From: Candidatus Eiseniibacteriota bacterium
Lineage (GTDB): Bacteria > Eisenbacteria > RBG-16-71-46
Reading direction: 5' to 3'
DNA length: 64,000 nucleotides
NCBI GenBank assembly: GCA_963776245.1
Contig: CAVZLN010000003.1
Span: forward strand, 896,001-960,000
A program made the translations under genes and the position numbers. Under the pieces are notes generated by a model, which had not been told where the DNA came from, ran no database searches, and was given only the letters and a program-made list of their open reading frames with translations. Below, piece after piece: positions 17,802-28,641 of this stretch. How positions within the stretch are numbered: position 1 is the stretch's first letter; every line of letters starts with the position of its first letter.

Positions 17802-18953
17802 CTACTCGAACTCCGCCGCGATCGGCGCGTGGTCGCTGGCGCGTCCGGGGCCGTCGAGGCCGTGCACGGTGACGCCGCGGCCGCCGCCCCAGCCGCGGCC
17901 GGCGAACCAGTCGAGGCGTAGCGCGCCGCGGCGCTCGGCCCACGCCAGCACCGGCGCGGCCGCGCGACGCACCAGCGCGGGCAGCGCGTTCACCTCGTCG
18001 AGGCGGTCGAAGCGCACCGCGAGCGTCGGGGCGAAGTCCACGAAGGGCTCCCACGCGAACCCGGCGGCGCGCAGCGCGTCGAACAGCGGTTCGTGGAACG
18101 GGCCGCGGTCGGGGCGCCGCAGGCGCGCGGCGAGCAGCGGGCCGGGCCAGGTGAGCAGCGACGCCGCGCCCGTGAACGACGAGTGCCACAGTCCGCGGTC
18201 GAAGGTGTGGGTGTTGAAGTCCCCCGCGAGCACCACCGGACGCCGCTCGTCGCGCAGCGCCGCGAGGGCCACGCGCACCTGCGCGGCGCGGTGCTCGCGC
18301 GTGCGGTGCACCTCGAGGTGCGCCGACACGGCGACGAACGGCGCGCCGGGGCGCAGCACCTCGACGATGAGCGCGACGTGGCGTCCCACCATGCGTTCGA
18401 TCCCGAACTGAAGCTCCTCGGGGCTCGGCAGCTCCACCACGCGCACGTCGCCGATCGGCCAGCGCGCGAGCACCGCGAGCCCGAACAGCGATTCCTCGTT
18501 GGCCCGCCCCGCGGCCATGCGCGGATCCTCGTCCCGGCCGGCGGTGGTCTCGAGGAACAGCGGCACCCACACGCCGTGGAGGCCGAGCGCCCTCGCGAGG
18601 TCGGCGGTCACGTCGCGGTTGCCGGCGCGCGCCATGCCGAGGTCGATCTCGTTGAACAGGCAGAGATCGGCGCCGGCGAGCTCCGGGTGGGTGAGCAGCG
18701 CGCGCTCGACCTGGTCGTACCAGTTGCCGTGCTCGATGTTCCAGTGCACCGCGCGAACCCGCGACGGATCGCGAGGGGGCGCGGGCGGCGCGGGCGGCGA
18801 GTGGCGATGCGCCGCGCCGAACAGCGCCGCGAAGCGCGGCGCGAGCGCCGGCCACACGCTCGAGGTCCGCAGCGCCCGGAGCGTGCGGAACGGCTCGACC
18901 GCGCGCTGGAGCGCGCGGCATTCGGCCAGCAGAGCGGGATCGCGGGGCGACAT
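17802..18953 (-). CDS. Endonuclease/exonuclease/phosphatase (EEP) family protein
   Basis: HWNIEHG, NEIDLG, SAHLE, AGDFN, LDW, SDHAP. Confidence 0.88.
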   Translation of the reverse strand: MSPRDPALLAECRALQRAVEPFRTLRALRTSSVWPALAPRFAALFGAAHRHSPPAPPAPPRDPSRVRAVHWNIEHGNWYDQVERALLTHPELAGADLCLFNEIDLGMARAGNRDVTADLARALGLHGVWVPLFLETTAGRDEDPRMAAGRANEESLFGLAVLARWPIGDVRVVELPSPEELQFGIERMVGRHVALIVEVLRPGAPFVAVSAHLEVHRTREHRAAQVRVALAALRDERRPVVLAGDFNTHTFDRGLWHSSFTGAASLLTWPGPLLAARLRRPDRGPFHEPLFDALRAAGFAWEPFVDFAPTLAVRFDRLDEVNALPALVRRAAAPVLAWAERRGALRLDWFAGRGWGGGRGVTVHGLDGPGRASDHAPIAAEFE

Positions 18954-18999
18954 GATGGGCTGGGTCGTTTCGCTCGTGGCCCGGCGGCAGGTGCCCGGG

Positions 19000-21113
19000 C
19001 TACCGGGTGATGCCCACCTGCGCCAGCAGGAAGGCGTAGTCGAACGCGGTGTCCCGCAGCGCGTCGTAGCGGCCGGACGCGCCGCCGTGGCCCCCGGCCA
19101 TGTTGATCTTGAACAGCAGCGGGTTCCGGTCGGTGCGCAGCGTGCGCATCTTCGCCACGTACTTGGCGGGCTCCCAGTACATCACCTGGCTGTCGTTGAG
19201 CGAGGTCTTCACCAGCAGCGCCGGATAGGCCTGGCGCGCCAGGTTGTCGTACGGGGAATACGCCCGCATCGCGTCGTACTCGGGCCGCACGGCCGGGTTC
19301 CCCCACTCCTCGTACTCGCCCACGGTGAGCGGGAGCGAGGGGTCGCTCATGGAGTTCAGCACGTCCACGAACGGCACCTGCGCCAGCGCGGCGTGGAACA
19401 GCGCGGGGCGCAGATTGAGCACCGCGCCCACCAGCAGGCCGCCGGCGCTGCCGCCCTGGATGACCAGGCGGTCGCTCGACGTGACGCGCTCCCGCACCAG
19501 GAACTCGGCGCAGGCGATGAAGTCGGTGAAGGTGTTCATCTTCTCCAGCATGCGCCCGTGGTCGTGCCACGCCTTGCCCATCTCGCCGCCGCCCCGCACG
19601 TGCGCGATGGCGTACGACATGCCGCGCTCGAGCAGGCTCAGGCGCGCCGGGCTGAAGGAGGCGCTCATCGAGATGCCGTACGAGCCGTAGCCGTACAGCA
19701 GCAGCGGCGCCGAACCGTCGCGCCGCAGGTCGGCGCGGCGCACCAGCGAGATCGGGATGCGCGTGCCGTCGCCGGCCGTCGCCCACAGGCGCTCGACCAC
19801 GTAGCGCGACGGGTCGAAGCCGCCCTGCACCGGCGTGCGCTTGAGCAGCGTCTGCCGGCGCGAGTCGAGGTCGTAGTCGTACACCGACAGCGGGGTGATG
19901 AACGAGGTGTACTGGTAGCGCAGCGTGGCGGTGTCCCACTCGGCGTTCGCCGCGCCGTGCACCGCGTACGCGGGCTCCGGGAAGGCCACGCGGTGCGTGG
20001 CGCCGGTGCGCAGGTCGGTGACCTCGAGCTGCTGCAGGCCCTCGGCGCGCAGCCACAGCACGCGGTGCTGCGCGAACAGGTCGAGGCCTTCGATCATCAC
20101 GTCAGGGCGGTGCGGGATCTCCTCCCGCCAGTGGGCGGCGCCGGGTGCCGTGACCGGTGCCGAGACCAGGCGGAAGTTGCGGCCGGTGTCGTTGACGCGG
20201 ATCCAGAAGCGGTCGCCGCGGTGGTCGGCGTAGTACTCGCGCCCGGCCACGCGCGGCTCCGATCAGGACCCACGCGGCGTCCGGGGTGGCGGCGTCGAGC
20301 ACGCGCACCTCGGAGGTGGTGGGCTCGCGGTGGTCAGGAACAGGTAGCGGCGGCTGCGCGAGCGCTCGCACGACACGCTCGAAGCGCTCGTCCGGCTCGT
20401 CGTAGCACCAGCACGTCGCTCTCCGCCGGCTCGCCGAGGCGATGGCGGTAGAGCCGGTCGACTGGCGCTTGGCCGCGTCCTCGACGGTGTAGAAGAGCGT
20501 GCGGTTGTCGGCCGCCCAGGCGACGTTCGCGCGTCTTCTCGATCGACTCGGGCCCGTGCGCGCCGGTGGCCAGGTCCTTCACGTGGAGCACGTACTGGCG
20601 GAAGCCGGTGGTGTCGAGCGAGTAGGCGAGGAAGCGCCCGTCGTCGCTGACCGTGGCGTCGTGCACCGCGACGAACGCGGTGCTCCCGGCCGATCTCGTT
20701 GAGATCGAGCATGACCTGCTCGGGCGCGTCCGCGCCGTGCCTGCGGCAGCAGGATGGGGTACTGGAGCCCCTCCACGGTGCGCGAGTAGTAGAGCCAGCC
20801 GTCCTTGCGGGTAGGGCACCGACAGGTCGGTCTGCTCGATGCGCCCGAGGATCTCCTGGTAGAGCGCCTCGCGGAAGCCCTCGAGCGGCCGGGTCACCGC
20901 GTCGGCGTAGGCGTTCTCGGCCTCGAGGTGGGCGGTCACCTCGGGGCTCGTCTTCTCGCGCATCCAGTAGTAGTCGTCCGGGCGCGTCTCGCCGTGGAGG
21001 GTGGTGGGGTGCGGCACCCGGCGCGCGACCGGGGGCGTGGGGCCGGGATCGAACGACTGGGCGGAGGCGGGGGCGGTCATGAGCAGTCCGAGTGCGAGAA
21101 CGAGTGGGCGCAT
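19000..21113 (-). CDS. ptrB: Oligopeptidase B / S9A peptidase with signal peptide (frameshifts about 20250-20820)
   Basis: DDYYWMR, LEAENAY, YGYGSYG, HVRGGGE, GGSAGG (Ser), LND, AGGHGG (His). Confidence 0.85.
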
Positions 21114-21185
21114 GGCATTGGGCCTTCGACCGGGTGGCGGCCTTCGATGTGTGCGCGACGGCGGGGGGCGCGGCGACCGGCCGTC

Positions 21186-21215
21186 AACCTAGGCGCGCGA
21201 CGCGCGGCGCGTCAA
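21186..21215 (-). promoter_or_regulatory. Putative sigma70 promoter for ptrB
   Basis: Minus strand TTGACG-N18-TAGGTT. Confidence 0.45.
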
Positions 21216-21400
21216 CCGTCCGGGGCGCCCGGGGCCCGGGCGGGTGTCGCATCGAAGCCCGCGCCCCGGCATCCAATAGCGCACCGCCGTCGCGCCCGCG
21301 GCTCGCGCCCGGTACACTGCCGCGCGCGAGCCGCCCTCATGACCCGCCCCGCCGGCGCCGCGCCGGGGCGCCACCACCATCCTTCGGGAGCACCCGCACG

Positions 21401-22903
21401 ATGTCGCGTCCCCGCACCTTCGGAGAGCTCAAGGCCTCCCGCTACCGCCCGCGCCCGGTCAAGGACGAGCTGCGCGCCAACCTGATCGAGCGGCTGCGCG
21501 CGGGCGGCCCGCTGTTCCCCGGCATCGTGGGATACGAGCACACCGTCGAGCCGCAGATCGTCAACGCCCTGCTCTCGCGCCACGACTTCATCCTGCTCGG
21601 GCTGCGCGGCCAGGCCAAGACCCGCCTGCTGCGCGCGCTGTCGCGCTTCCTCGACGAGTGGGTGCCCGAGATCGCAGGCTGTCCGCTCCACAGCGACCCG
21701 TTCCTGCCGCTCACCCATCACGCGCGCCTCCAGCTCGACAGTCACGGCGACGCCACGCCGATCGCGTGGATCCACCGCGACGCGCGCTACCAGGAGAAGC
21801 TCGCCACCCCCGACGTGACCATCGCCGACCTGATCGGCGACATCGACCCGATCAAGGCGGCGACCCAGCGCCTCGACTACTCGGACGAGCGCGTCATCCA
21901 CTACGGCATCATCCCGCGCAGCAACCGCGGCATCTTCGCCATCAACGAGCTGCCCGACCTCCAGCCGCGCATCCAGGTGGGCCTGCTCAACATCCTCGAG
22001 GAGAAGGATTTCCAGATCCGCGGCTTCCCGGTGCGGATGCCGCTCGACGTCGCCATGGTGTTCTCCGCCAATCCCGAGGACTACACCAACCGCGGCAACA
22101 TCATCACGCCGCTGCGGGACCGCATCGCATCGCAGATCCTCACGCACTATCCGCTCACCCGCGAGCAGGGGCTCGCCATCACCGCGCAGGAGTCGTGGAC
22201 CGCGCGCGACGGCGGGGTGGAGGTGGTGGTGCCGCCGTTCCTGCGCGAGCTGGTCGAGGAGGTCGCGATCCAGGCGCGCCGCAGCGAGTACGTGGACCAG
22301 AACTCCGGCGTCTCGGCGCGCCTGCCGATCGCGCTGATCGAGAACCTGGTGTCGAACGCCGAGCGGCGCGGGCTGCTGACCGGCGAGGCGCGCGTGTGGG
22401 CGCGGGTGTGCGACCTGCAGCACGCGGTGTCCGCCGTGAGCGGCAAGGTCGAACTGGTGCTCGAGGGCGAGCAGGAGGGCGCGCTCAACGTGGCGCGCGC
22501 GCTGCTCGGGCGCGGCATCAAGGCGCTGTTCGCGCAGCGCTTCCCCGACGCGTTCAAGCCGCAGCGCAAGCGCCGCGAGCCGGGCGCCGCGGCGACCGAG
22601 CCGCCCGCGACCACCGAATACCGCCCGATCCTCGAGTGGTTCTCGGCCGGCGGCAGCGTCGAGATCGCCGACGACCTCACCCAGGCGGAATACGCGAAGC
22701 GGCTGACCGCGGTGCGCGGACTGGCGCCGCTCGCGGCGAAGCACCTGGCGCCCGCGGGCGCGGAGGAGCACGCGGTGGCCATGGAGCTGGTGCTCGAGGG
22801 CCTGCACCAGAACAGCATGCTGGCGCGCGAGCGCACCGACGGCGCCGGCACGTCGTACAAGGACATGCTCAAACAGATGCTGTCCGGCATCGGGGACGAC
22901 TAG
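21401..22903 (+). CDS. Mg-chelatase/MoxR-like AAA+ ATPase
   Basis: LLGLRGQAKT (Walker A variant), EKLATPD, INELPDL (Walker B variant), SANPEDYTNRG, PLRDR. Confidence 0.88.
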   Translation: MSRPRTFGELKASRYRPRPVKDELRANLIERLRAGGPLFPGIVGYEHTVEPQIVNALLSRHDFILLGLRGQAKTRLLRALSRFLDEWVPEIAGCPLHSDPFLPLTHHARLQLDSHGDATPIAWIHRDARYQEKLATPDVTIADLIGDIDPIKAATQRLDYSDERVIHYGIIPRSNRGIFAINELPDLQPRIQVGLLNILEEKDFQIRGFPVRMPLDVAMVFSANPEDYTNRGNIITPLRDRIASQILTHYPLTREQGLAITAQESWTARDGGVEVVVPPFLRELVEEVAIQARRSEYVDQNSGVSARLPIALIENLVSNAERRGLLTGEARVWARVCDLQHAVSAVSGKVELVLEGEQEGALNVARALLGRGIKALFAQRFPDAFKPQRKRREPGAAATEPPATTEYRPILEWFSAGGSVEIADDLTQAEYAKRLTAVRGLAPLAAKHLAPAGAEEHAVAMELVLEGLHQNSMLARERTDGAGTSYKDMLKQMLSGIGDD

Positions 22904-22912
22904 GAGACCGCC

Positions 22913-23389
22913 ATGGCCGACGCACGGGTGCTGCTCCGCCACACGCTCGCCACGCTGGCGTACCGCAGCGGCAAGACGCTGCGCGACGCGCCGGCGGAGT
23001 TCGCCACGTTCAAGGCGGGGCCCTCCACGCGCACGCCGGTCGAGGTGCTCGCGCACATGGGCGACCTGCTGGACTGGGCGCTCTGGATGGCGCAGGGCGT
23101 CCAGCGCTGGAACGACTCCCCGCCGCTGCCGTGGGAGCGCGAGGTCGAGCGCTACTTCGCGGCGCTGGCCGCGTTCGACCACTTCCTGGGAAGCGCCGCC
23201 CCGCTCGGGTGCCCGCTCGAGAAGCTGTTCCAGGGCCCGATCGCCGACGCGCTCACGCACACCGGCCAGCTCGCCATGCTGCGGCGGCTGCAGGGCGCGG
23301 CGATCCGCGGCGAGAGCTACGCGCGCGCCGAGATCACGGTGGGACGCGTGGGTGCCGAGCAAGCGCCGCCCCGCAAGGAGTTCGACTGA
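22913..23389 (+). CDS. DinB-like four-helix protein
   Basis: AHMGDLLDW and DALTHTGQLAMLRRL; GGAG RBS. Confidence 0.65.
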   Translation: MADARVLLRHTLATLAYRSGKTLRDAPAEFATFKAGPSTRTPVEVLAHMGDLLDWALWMAQGVQRWNDSPPLPWEREVERYFAALAAFDHFLGSAAPLGCPLEKLFQGPIADALTHTGQLAMLRRLQGAAIRGESYARAEITVGRVGAEQAPPRKEFD

Positions 23390-23405
23390 GCGTGCGAGAG
23401 CGGCG

Positions 23406-24077
23406 ATGAACGGGACGCGGGAGCGGGAGGAGACGCTGGCGGGGGGCGATCCGATCGCGCTGGTGCGCGAGGGTTACGACCGCGCCTCACTGGCGTATCG
23501 CGGCGACGACGACGACCCGCGGCGCTCCGGGCACGCGCACTGGCTCGGGCGCTTCACGCCGCGGCTGAGCCCCGGCGCGCGCGTGCTCGACCTCGGGTGC
23601 GGCAACGGCATCCCGTGCGCCCGCGCGCTCGCCGGGCGCTTCGACGTCACCGGGCTCGACCTCTCGCCGGTCCAGGTCGAGCGCGCCCGCGCGCTGGTGC
23701 CGGGCGCACGCTTCGTGTGCGCCGACATGACCGAGGCGGTCTTCGAACCCGGGTCGTTCGACGCGGTGGTGGCGTTCTTCTCGATCATCAACGTGCCGGT
23801 CAGCCGGCAGCCCGCGCTCATCGCGCGCATCGCGTCGTGGCTCACACCCGGCGGCTGGGTGCTCGCCACCGTCGGCCGCCGCGCCCAGACCGGCGTCGAG
23901 TGCGACTTCCGCGGGGTCCGGGGCGTCACCATGTTCTGGAGCTACGCCGACGTCGAGGACTACCGCGCGTGGTTCGCCGCCGCCGGGCTCGCGATCGTCG
24001 AGGAGGGCGTGCAGCCGAAAGACGGCGATCCCGGCTTCGCCGTGCTCATCGCGCGGCGCGGGGAGGGCGCGGCCTGA
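23406..24077 (+). CDS. Class I SAM-dependent methyltransferase
   Basis: VLDLGCGNG, GLDLS, CADM, FDAV, LTPGG. Confidence 0.9.
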   Translation: MNGTREREETLAGGDPIALVREGYDRASLAYRGDDDDPRRSGHAHWLGRFTPRLSPGARVLDLGCGNGIPCARALAGRFDVTGLDLSPVQVERARALVPGARFVCADMTEAVFEPGSFDAVVAFFSIINVPVSRQPALIARIASWLTPGGWVLATVGRRAQTGVECDFRGVRGVTMFWSYADVEDYRAWFAAAGLAIVEEGVQPKDGDPGFAVLIARRGEGAA

Positions 24078-25168
24078 TGCGCTTCGACTACCGGAAGTGG
24101 AAGGGCCCGCGCCCCGAGGACCTCGAGTTCCTGAAGCAGATGATGGACATCTACCGCAATCTGCTGCTCCAGACCGGCGGGGACGTGGACGAGGCGCTCA
24201 AGTGGATGGAGCAGTTCGGGGAGCAGTACGGGTTCTTCAACGACAAGTTCGGCATCGACGACTTCCGCAAGCTGCTGGAGGAGTCGGGCGAGGCCCAGCG
24301 CACTCCCCAGGGCTACCGGATGACGCCGCGCGGCGAGCGCCGCATCCGCCAGGACTCGCTCAACGAGATCTTCGCGTCCCTGCAGGCCGGCGGCGCCGGC
24401 GATCACCGCACGCCGGTGGGAGGCAAGGGCGGCGAGCGCCTGAGCGAGACGCGCGCCTACCAGTTCGGCGACGACCTCGGCAACCTCGACCCGCTCGCCA
24501 CAGTGAGCAACGCGGTGCGGCGCCACGGCGTCGACGAATTGGCGCTCGAGGAGGACGACTTCGAGGTGTACGAGAGCGAGCACCTCTCGGCGTGCGCCAC
24601 CGTGCTGCTGGTGGACATCAGCCACAGCATGGTGCTCTACGGTGAGGACCGCATCACGCCCGCCAAGAAGATCGCGCTCGCGCTCACCCAGCTGATCCAG
24701 ACGCGCTACCCCAAGGACTCCCTCGACGTCGTGCTCTTCGGCGACGACGCGGCGCGGGTGAAGCCCCAGGACCTGATGCGCATCGCGGCCGGGCCCTACC
24801 ACACCAACACACGCGCCGGGCTCCAGATGGCGCGGCGCATCCTCGAGTCGCGCAAGGGCGTCAACAAGCAGATCTTCATGGTCACCGACGGCAAGCCCTC
24901 GGCGATCCACGAGCACGGGCGGCTCTACAAGAACCCGTTCGGCCTCGACCCGAAGATCGTCAACCAGACGCTCGAGGAGGCGGCGCACTGCCGCCGCAAG
25001 CGCATCACCATCACCACGTTCATGCTCGCCACCGATCCGATGCTGGTGGATTTCGTGCGGCGGCTGGCGGAGCTGAACCATGGCCGCGTGTACGAGACCG
25101 ACCTCAACGACGTCGGCTCGTACGTGTTCCGCGACTTCGTCAGGAACCGGAGGAAGCGGGTGCGGTGA
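24077..25168 (+). CDS. vWA domain protein (partner of the AAA+ ATPase)
   Basis: TGATG coupling. MIDAS DISHS, YHTNT, VTDGKPS. Confidence 0.88.
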   Translation: MRFDYRKWKGPRPEDLEFLKQMMDIYRNLLLQTGGDVDEALKWMEQFGEQYGFFNDKFGIDDFRKLLEESGEAQRTPQGYRMTPRGERRIRQDSLNEIFASLQAGGAGDHRTPVGGKGGERLSETRAYQFGDDLGNLDPLATVSNAVRRHGVDELALEEDDFEVYESEHLSACATVLLVDISHSMVLYGEDRITPAKKIALALTQLIQTRYPKDSLDVVLFGDDAARVKPQDLMRIAAGPYHTNTRAGLQMARRILESRKGVNKQIFMVTDGKPSAIHEHGRLYKNPFGLDPKIVNQTLEEAAHCRRKRITITTFMLATDPMLVDFVRRLAELNHGRVYETDLNDVGSYVFRDFVRNRRKRVR

Positions 25169-25216
25169 GGGGCAGCGCCCCGCGCGACCGGTCATTTTGC
25201 CGCCCGCGGCTCCGCC

Positions 25217-26263
25217 TCACGCGTCGCGCCTGGTCTCCGCGCGGCGGAACGCCTCGGTGATCCCCGCGGCGGTGGCGGGGACGATGCCGAACTCGGTGAC
25301 GATCCCGGCGATCAGCCCGTGCGGGGTCACGTCGAACGCGGGATTCAGCGCGCGCGTGCCGGCGGGGGCCACGCGCACGCGCGTGAGCGCGCCCGCGGCG
25401 TCGAGGCCCTCCACCGCGAGCACCTCGTCCTCGCCGCGCTCCTCGATCGGGATGTCGTCCCCGGTGGCGGTCGCGCGGTCGATGGTGGTGAGCGGCGCCG
25501 CGACGTAGAACGGCACCGCGTGCGCGCGCGCGGCCACCGCGTGGCCGTAGGTGCCGATCTTGTTCGCCACGTCGCCGTCGGCGGCGATGCGGTCGGCGCC
25601 GGTGATCACCAGGTCCACGGCGCCGCGCTGGATCAGGTGCGCGGCGGCGCTGTCGGCGATCAGCGCGTGCGCCACGCCCTCCTGCGCCAGTTCCCACGCG
25701 GTCAGCCGCGCGCCCTGCAGGCGCGGGCGGGTCTCGCCCACCAGCACGAACGGCGCGAGCCCGGCGCGCGCGGCCTTGTACACCGGCGCGAGCGCGGTGC
25801 CCCAGTCCTGGACCGCGAGCCAGCCGGCGTTGCAGTGGGTCAGCACGCGGGTGCCGGGGCGGAACAGCGCGAGGCCGTGCGTGCCGATGGCCTCGGCGGC
25901 CGCGACCTCGGCGTCGTCGTACGCGCGCGCGGCGGCGAGCATGGCATCGGCGTCGGGCGCCGCGCGGCGCACCGCCTCGAGCCCGCGCTTCAGGTTCACG
26001 GCGGTGGGGCGGGTGGCGAGCAGGCGCGCGAACGCTTCGGCCAGCGGCTCGCCGCGCCGCGCCGCCAGCGCCAGCCCGTAGGCCGCGCACACGCCGATCG
26101 CGGGCGCGCCCCGCACGCCCATGTCGGCGATGGCGCGCGCCACCTCGTCCACGGTGCGCGCCACGCCGATCTCGAACGCGTGCGGCAGGCGCCGCTGGTC
26201 GATGAAGCGGACCGCGCCGTCCTCCCACCACAGCGCGCGCCGGTCGCGGCCGTCGACCTTCAT
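25217..26263 (-). CDS. mtnA: S-methyl-5-thioribose-1-phosphate isomerase
   Basis: VRGAPAIG, RPTAVNL, THCNAG, ETRPRLQGARLTAWE, GADRI, NKIGT, NPAFDVTP. Confidence 0.95.
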   Translation of the reverse strand: MKVDGRDRRALWWEDGAVRFIDQRRLPHAFEIGVARTVDEVARAIADMGVRGAPAIGVCAAYGLALAARRGEPLAEAFARLLATRPTAVNLKRGLEAVRRAAPDADAMLAAARAYDDAEVAAAEAIGTHGLALFRPGTRVLTHCNAGWLAVQDWGTALAPVYKAARAGLAPFVLVGETRPRLQGARLTAWELAQEGVAHALIADSAAAHLIQRGAVDLVITGADRIAADGDVANKIGTYGHAVAARAHAVPFYVAAPLTTIDRATATGDDIPIEERGEDEVLAVEGLDAAGALTRVRVAPAGTRALNPAFDVTPHGLIAGIVTEFGIVPATAAGITEAFRRAETRRDA

Positions 26264-26279
26264 CGCGCCGCCCCGCGCC

Positions 26280-26948
26280 TCATCGGGCCCGCGCCAGCGC
26301 GCGCGCGAGGTGGCGCACCAGTGCCTCGCCGGCCGCGGCGGCGCTGGCGCCGAACGCGATCACGCCGTCCTCGTGCCCGCCCATCACGACCATGCCGAGC
26401 GAACCGGCGGCGCTCTCGCGCACCAGACGCTGCACCTCGAGCGCCATCGCCGGGGTGCCGTACGCGGCGCCGGGGTCGGTGACCGGAAGCCCGAGCCCCT
26501 GCGCGTCGCGCCAGATCTCGGGGCAGTGGCCGTGCAGCACCACGCGCGCCGCGGGTGCCACGTCGTAGATCGCGCCGTGGGTGAGGGACTCGGACGAGGG
26601 CGGGAGCGCCCCGGTGCTCGCGACCTGGTTGCGCGCGACGTCGTAGCGCTCCACCACGCAGAAATCGTCGAGCGTCACCGCGCGCCGGCCGCCGGTCCGG
26701 GTGGCGGTCACGAGGAAGCGCCGCTGCCCGCGCGGGGCGTCGCCGAACGGCCCGATCCGCGCACTCGCGTTGCCATAGGCGGCGCCCTCGTAGCGCGCCG
26801 GGTCCTGCCCGATGAGCCGCAGCCGCGCCAGCACCTCGCGCCACGCCGCGAGCATGCGGGCGGTCTCGCCGTGTACGCGCGGGTCGAGCGGGCGCGTCTG
26901 GTGCGCGACCTCGAACTTGACGACGCCCTCGGTTCGCGGGGTGGACAT
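26280..26948 (-). CDS. Class II aldolase/adducin family protein
   Basis: GNASAR, PSSESLTH, VLHGH, GHEDG. Confidence 0.85.
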   Translation of the reverse strand: MSTPRTEGVVKFEVAHQTRPLDPRVHGETARMLAAWREVLARLRLIGQDPARYEGAAYGNASARIGPFGDAPRGQRRFLVTATRTGGRRAVTLDDFCVVERYDVARNQVASTGALPPSSESLTHGAIYDVAPAARVVLHGHCPEIWRDAQGLGLPVTDPGAAYGTPAMALEVQRLVRESAAGSLGMVVMGGHEDGVIAFGASAAAAGEALVRHLARALARAR

Positions 26949-27198
26949 GGCGCGGACGTTAGCAGAGGAGGGCGGCGCCCGGGGACCGGCGGCCGGGCGG
27001 TCCCGCGCCGGCGGGTCCCCGCGCGCCGCCGCACGCGGGCGGCGACTCCGGCGCGCGCCTGTGCTAGCGTCCGCCGCACCGGCGCCCCGGCGCCGCTTCG
27101 TGCACCGCGCGCGCCCCCGCTCACCGACCCGCACCCGTGCGCGCCCTGCTCCCCGTGACCCGCTCTCGCCGCGCCCCGCGGGCGCCGCCGGAGGTCCC

Positions 27199-28159
27199 AT
27201 GGTGAACGTGTCCTATCTCGCACCCATCCGGCGCGCCTGGGAACGCATGGCGCGGATGCTGTTCATGCCGTTCCGCATCGAGATGTGGCTGGTGCTCGGG
27301 TTCGCCGCGTTCCTCTCGGAGTGGATGACCGGGGGCGGGATGGCCGGCGGTCGGGGAGGGCACGGCATCAACTTCCACGGCAGCCCGCGGGACCTCGAGC
27401 CGGCGATCGACCGGGTGCGCTCGTTCCTGCAGGACCCGTTCTGGATGGGACTGCTGGTGTGGATCATCCTGGTCGCGGCGGCGCTCCTCATCCTGTTCCA
27501 ATGGATCGGCTCGCACGGGAAGTTCGTGTTCCTCGACGGTGTGGTGCGCGAGCGCGCCGCCATCCGCGAGCCGTGGTCCCGCACCGCGCGCCTCGGGGAC
27601 TCGCTGTTCTTCTTCCGCATCCTCTATCCTGCTCGCCGCTGGCGCCGTGGTGGGCGTGGTCGCGGTGCTCACCGTGGGCCCGGCGCTGCGCACCATCTTC
27701 CTGGAGCGCGGCGACGCGTTCCAGCTCCTCGCGCCGCTGGTGGGCGGCATCCTGCTGCTGGCCGCGATCGCGGTGGTGTTCAGCCTCGGGGTGCTCATGC
27801 TGGACGCGTTCGTGGTGCCCATCATGTACCGGCACGGGATCGGCGTGATGGCGGCGTGGGGCCGGTTCCTGCCGCTGCTCAGCGCCCACCCGCTCGCGTT
27901 CATCGTGTACATCGTGATCGTGGCGGTGCTGGGCGTGTGCGCGTTCGCGGCGATCATCACCCTGGGGCTCGCGACCTGCTGCATGGGCTTCCTGCTGATG
28001 GCGGTGCCCTATGTGGGGCAGGTGCTGCTGCTGCCGGTGCACGTGATGTTCCGCGGGCTGGGGCCGGATTTCCTGTCGCAGTTCGGGCCCGACTTCGACG
28101 TGTTCGCGACCCCGGTGCCCGCGGTCGCGCCGCCTCCGCCGGCCGGACCGACGGCATGA
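27199..28159 (+). CDS. Polytopic membrane protein (one frameshift near 27625)
   Basis: MVNVSYLAPIRRAW...SLFFFRI continues in another frame as LLAAGAVV...FVVPIMY...TCC...QFGPDFDVF. Confidence 0.7.
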
Positions 28160-28617
28160 GCGCGGGCCTCGCGGACGGCGCCGACGCGGCGCGCGCGCAC
28201 CGCGCGCCGCGCGCGGCACGGGCCGAGTGGGTGCCATGGACCGCGTGGGCGCTCGCCGGGGTGGCGGGCGTGCTGCTGTGGAAGGTGACCGGCACGGAGG
28301 GGTTCGCGCGCGCCGCCGCCGCGCCGGGGGGGTGTGCGGTGCGCGAGTGGACCGGCGTGGGATGCCTGACGTGCGGGCTCACGCGCGCGTTCGCCGCACT
28401 CGCGCGCGGCGAGTGGCGGGCGTCGCTCGCGCTCCATCCGTGGGCGTTGCTCGCGGTCGCGCAGGCCGCGGGGGCGTGGGTCGCATGGGGCGCGTGGCGC
28501 GCGGGCGCGCTGCGCCAGCGGCCCGACCGCTGGATCCCGCGCGCGATCGCGCTCAATCTCCTCGCGCTCGCGCTGCTGTGGGCCGCGCGGTTCGCGACCG
28601 GGACGCTGCCGAGCTGA
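28156..28617 (+). CDS. DUF2752 family membrane protein
   Basis: CAVREWTGVGCLTCGLTRAF...HP; ATGA coupling. Confidence 0.85.
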   Translation: MSAGLADGADAARAHRAPRAARAEWVPWTAWALAGVAGVLLWKVTGTEGFARAAAAPGGCAVREWTGVGCLTCGLTRAFAALARGEWRASLALHPWALLAVAQAAGAWVAWGAWRAGALRQRPDRWIPRAIALNLLALALLWAARFATGTLPS

Positions 28618-28641
28618 CGCGGATCGCCGCGTGACGCACGA

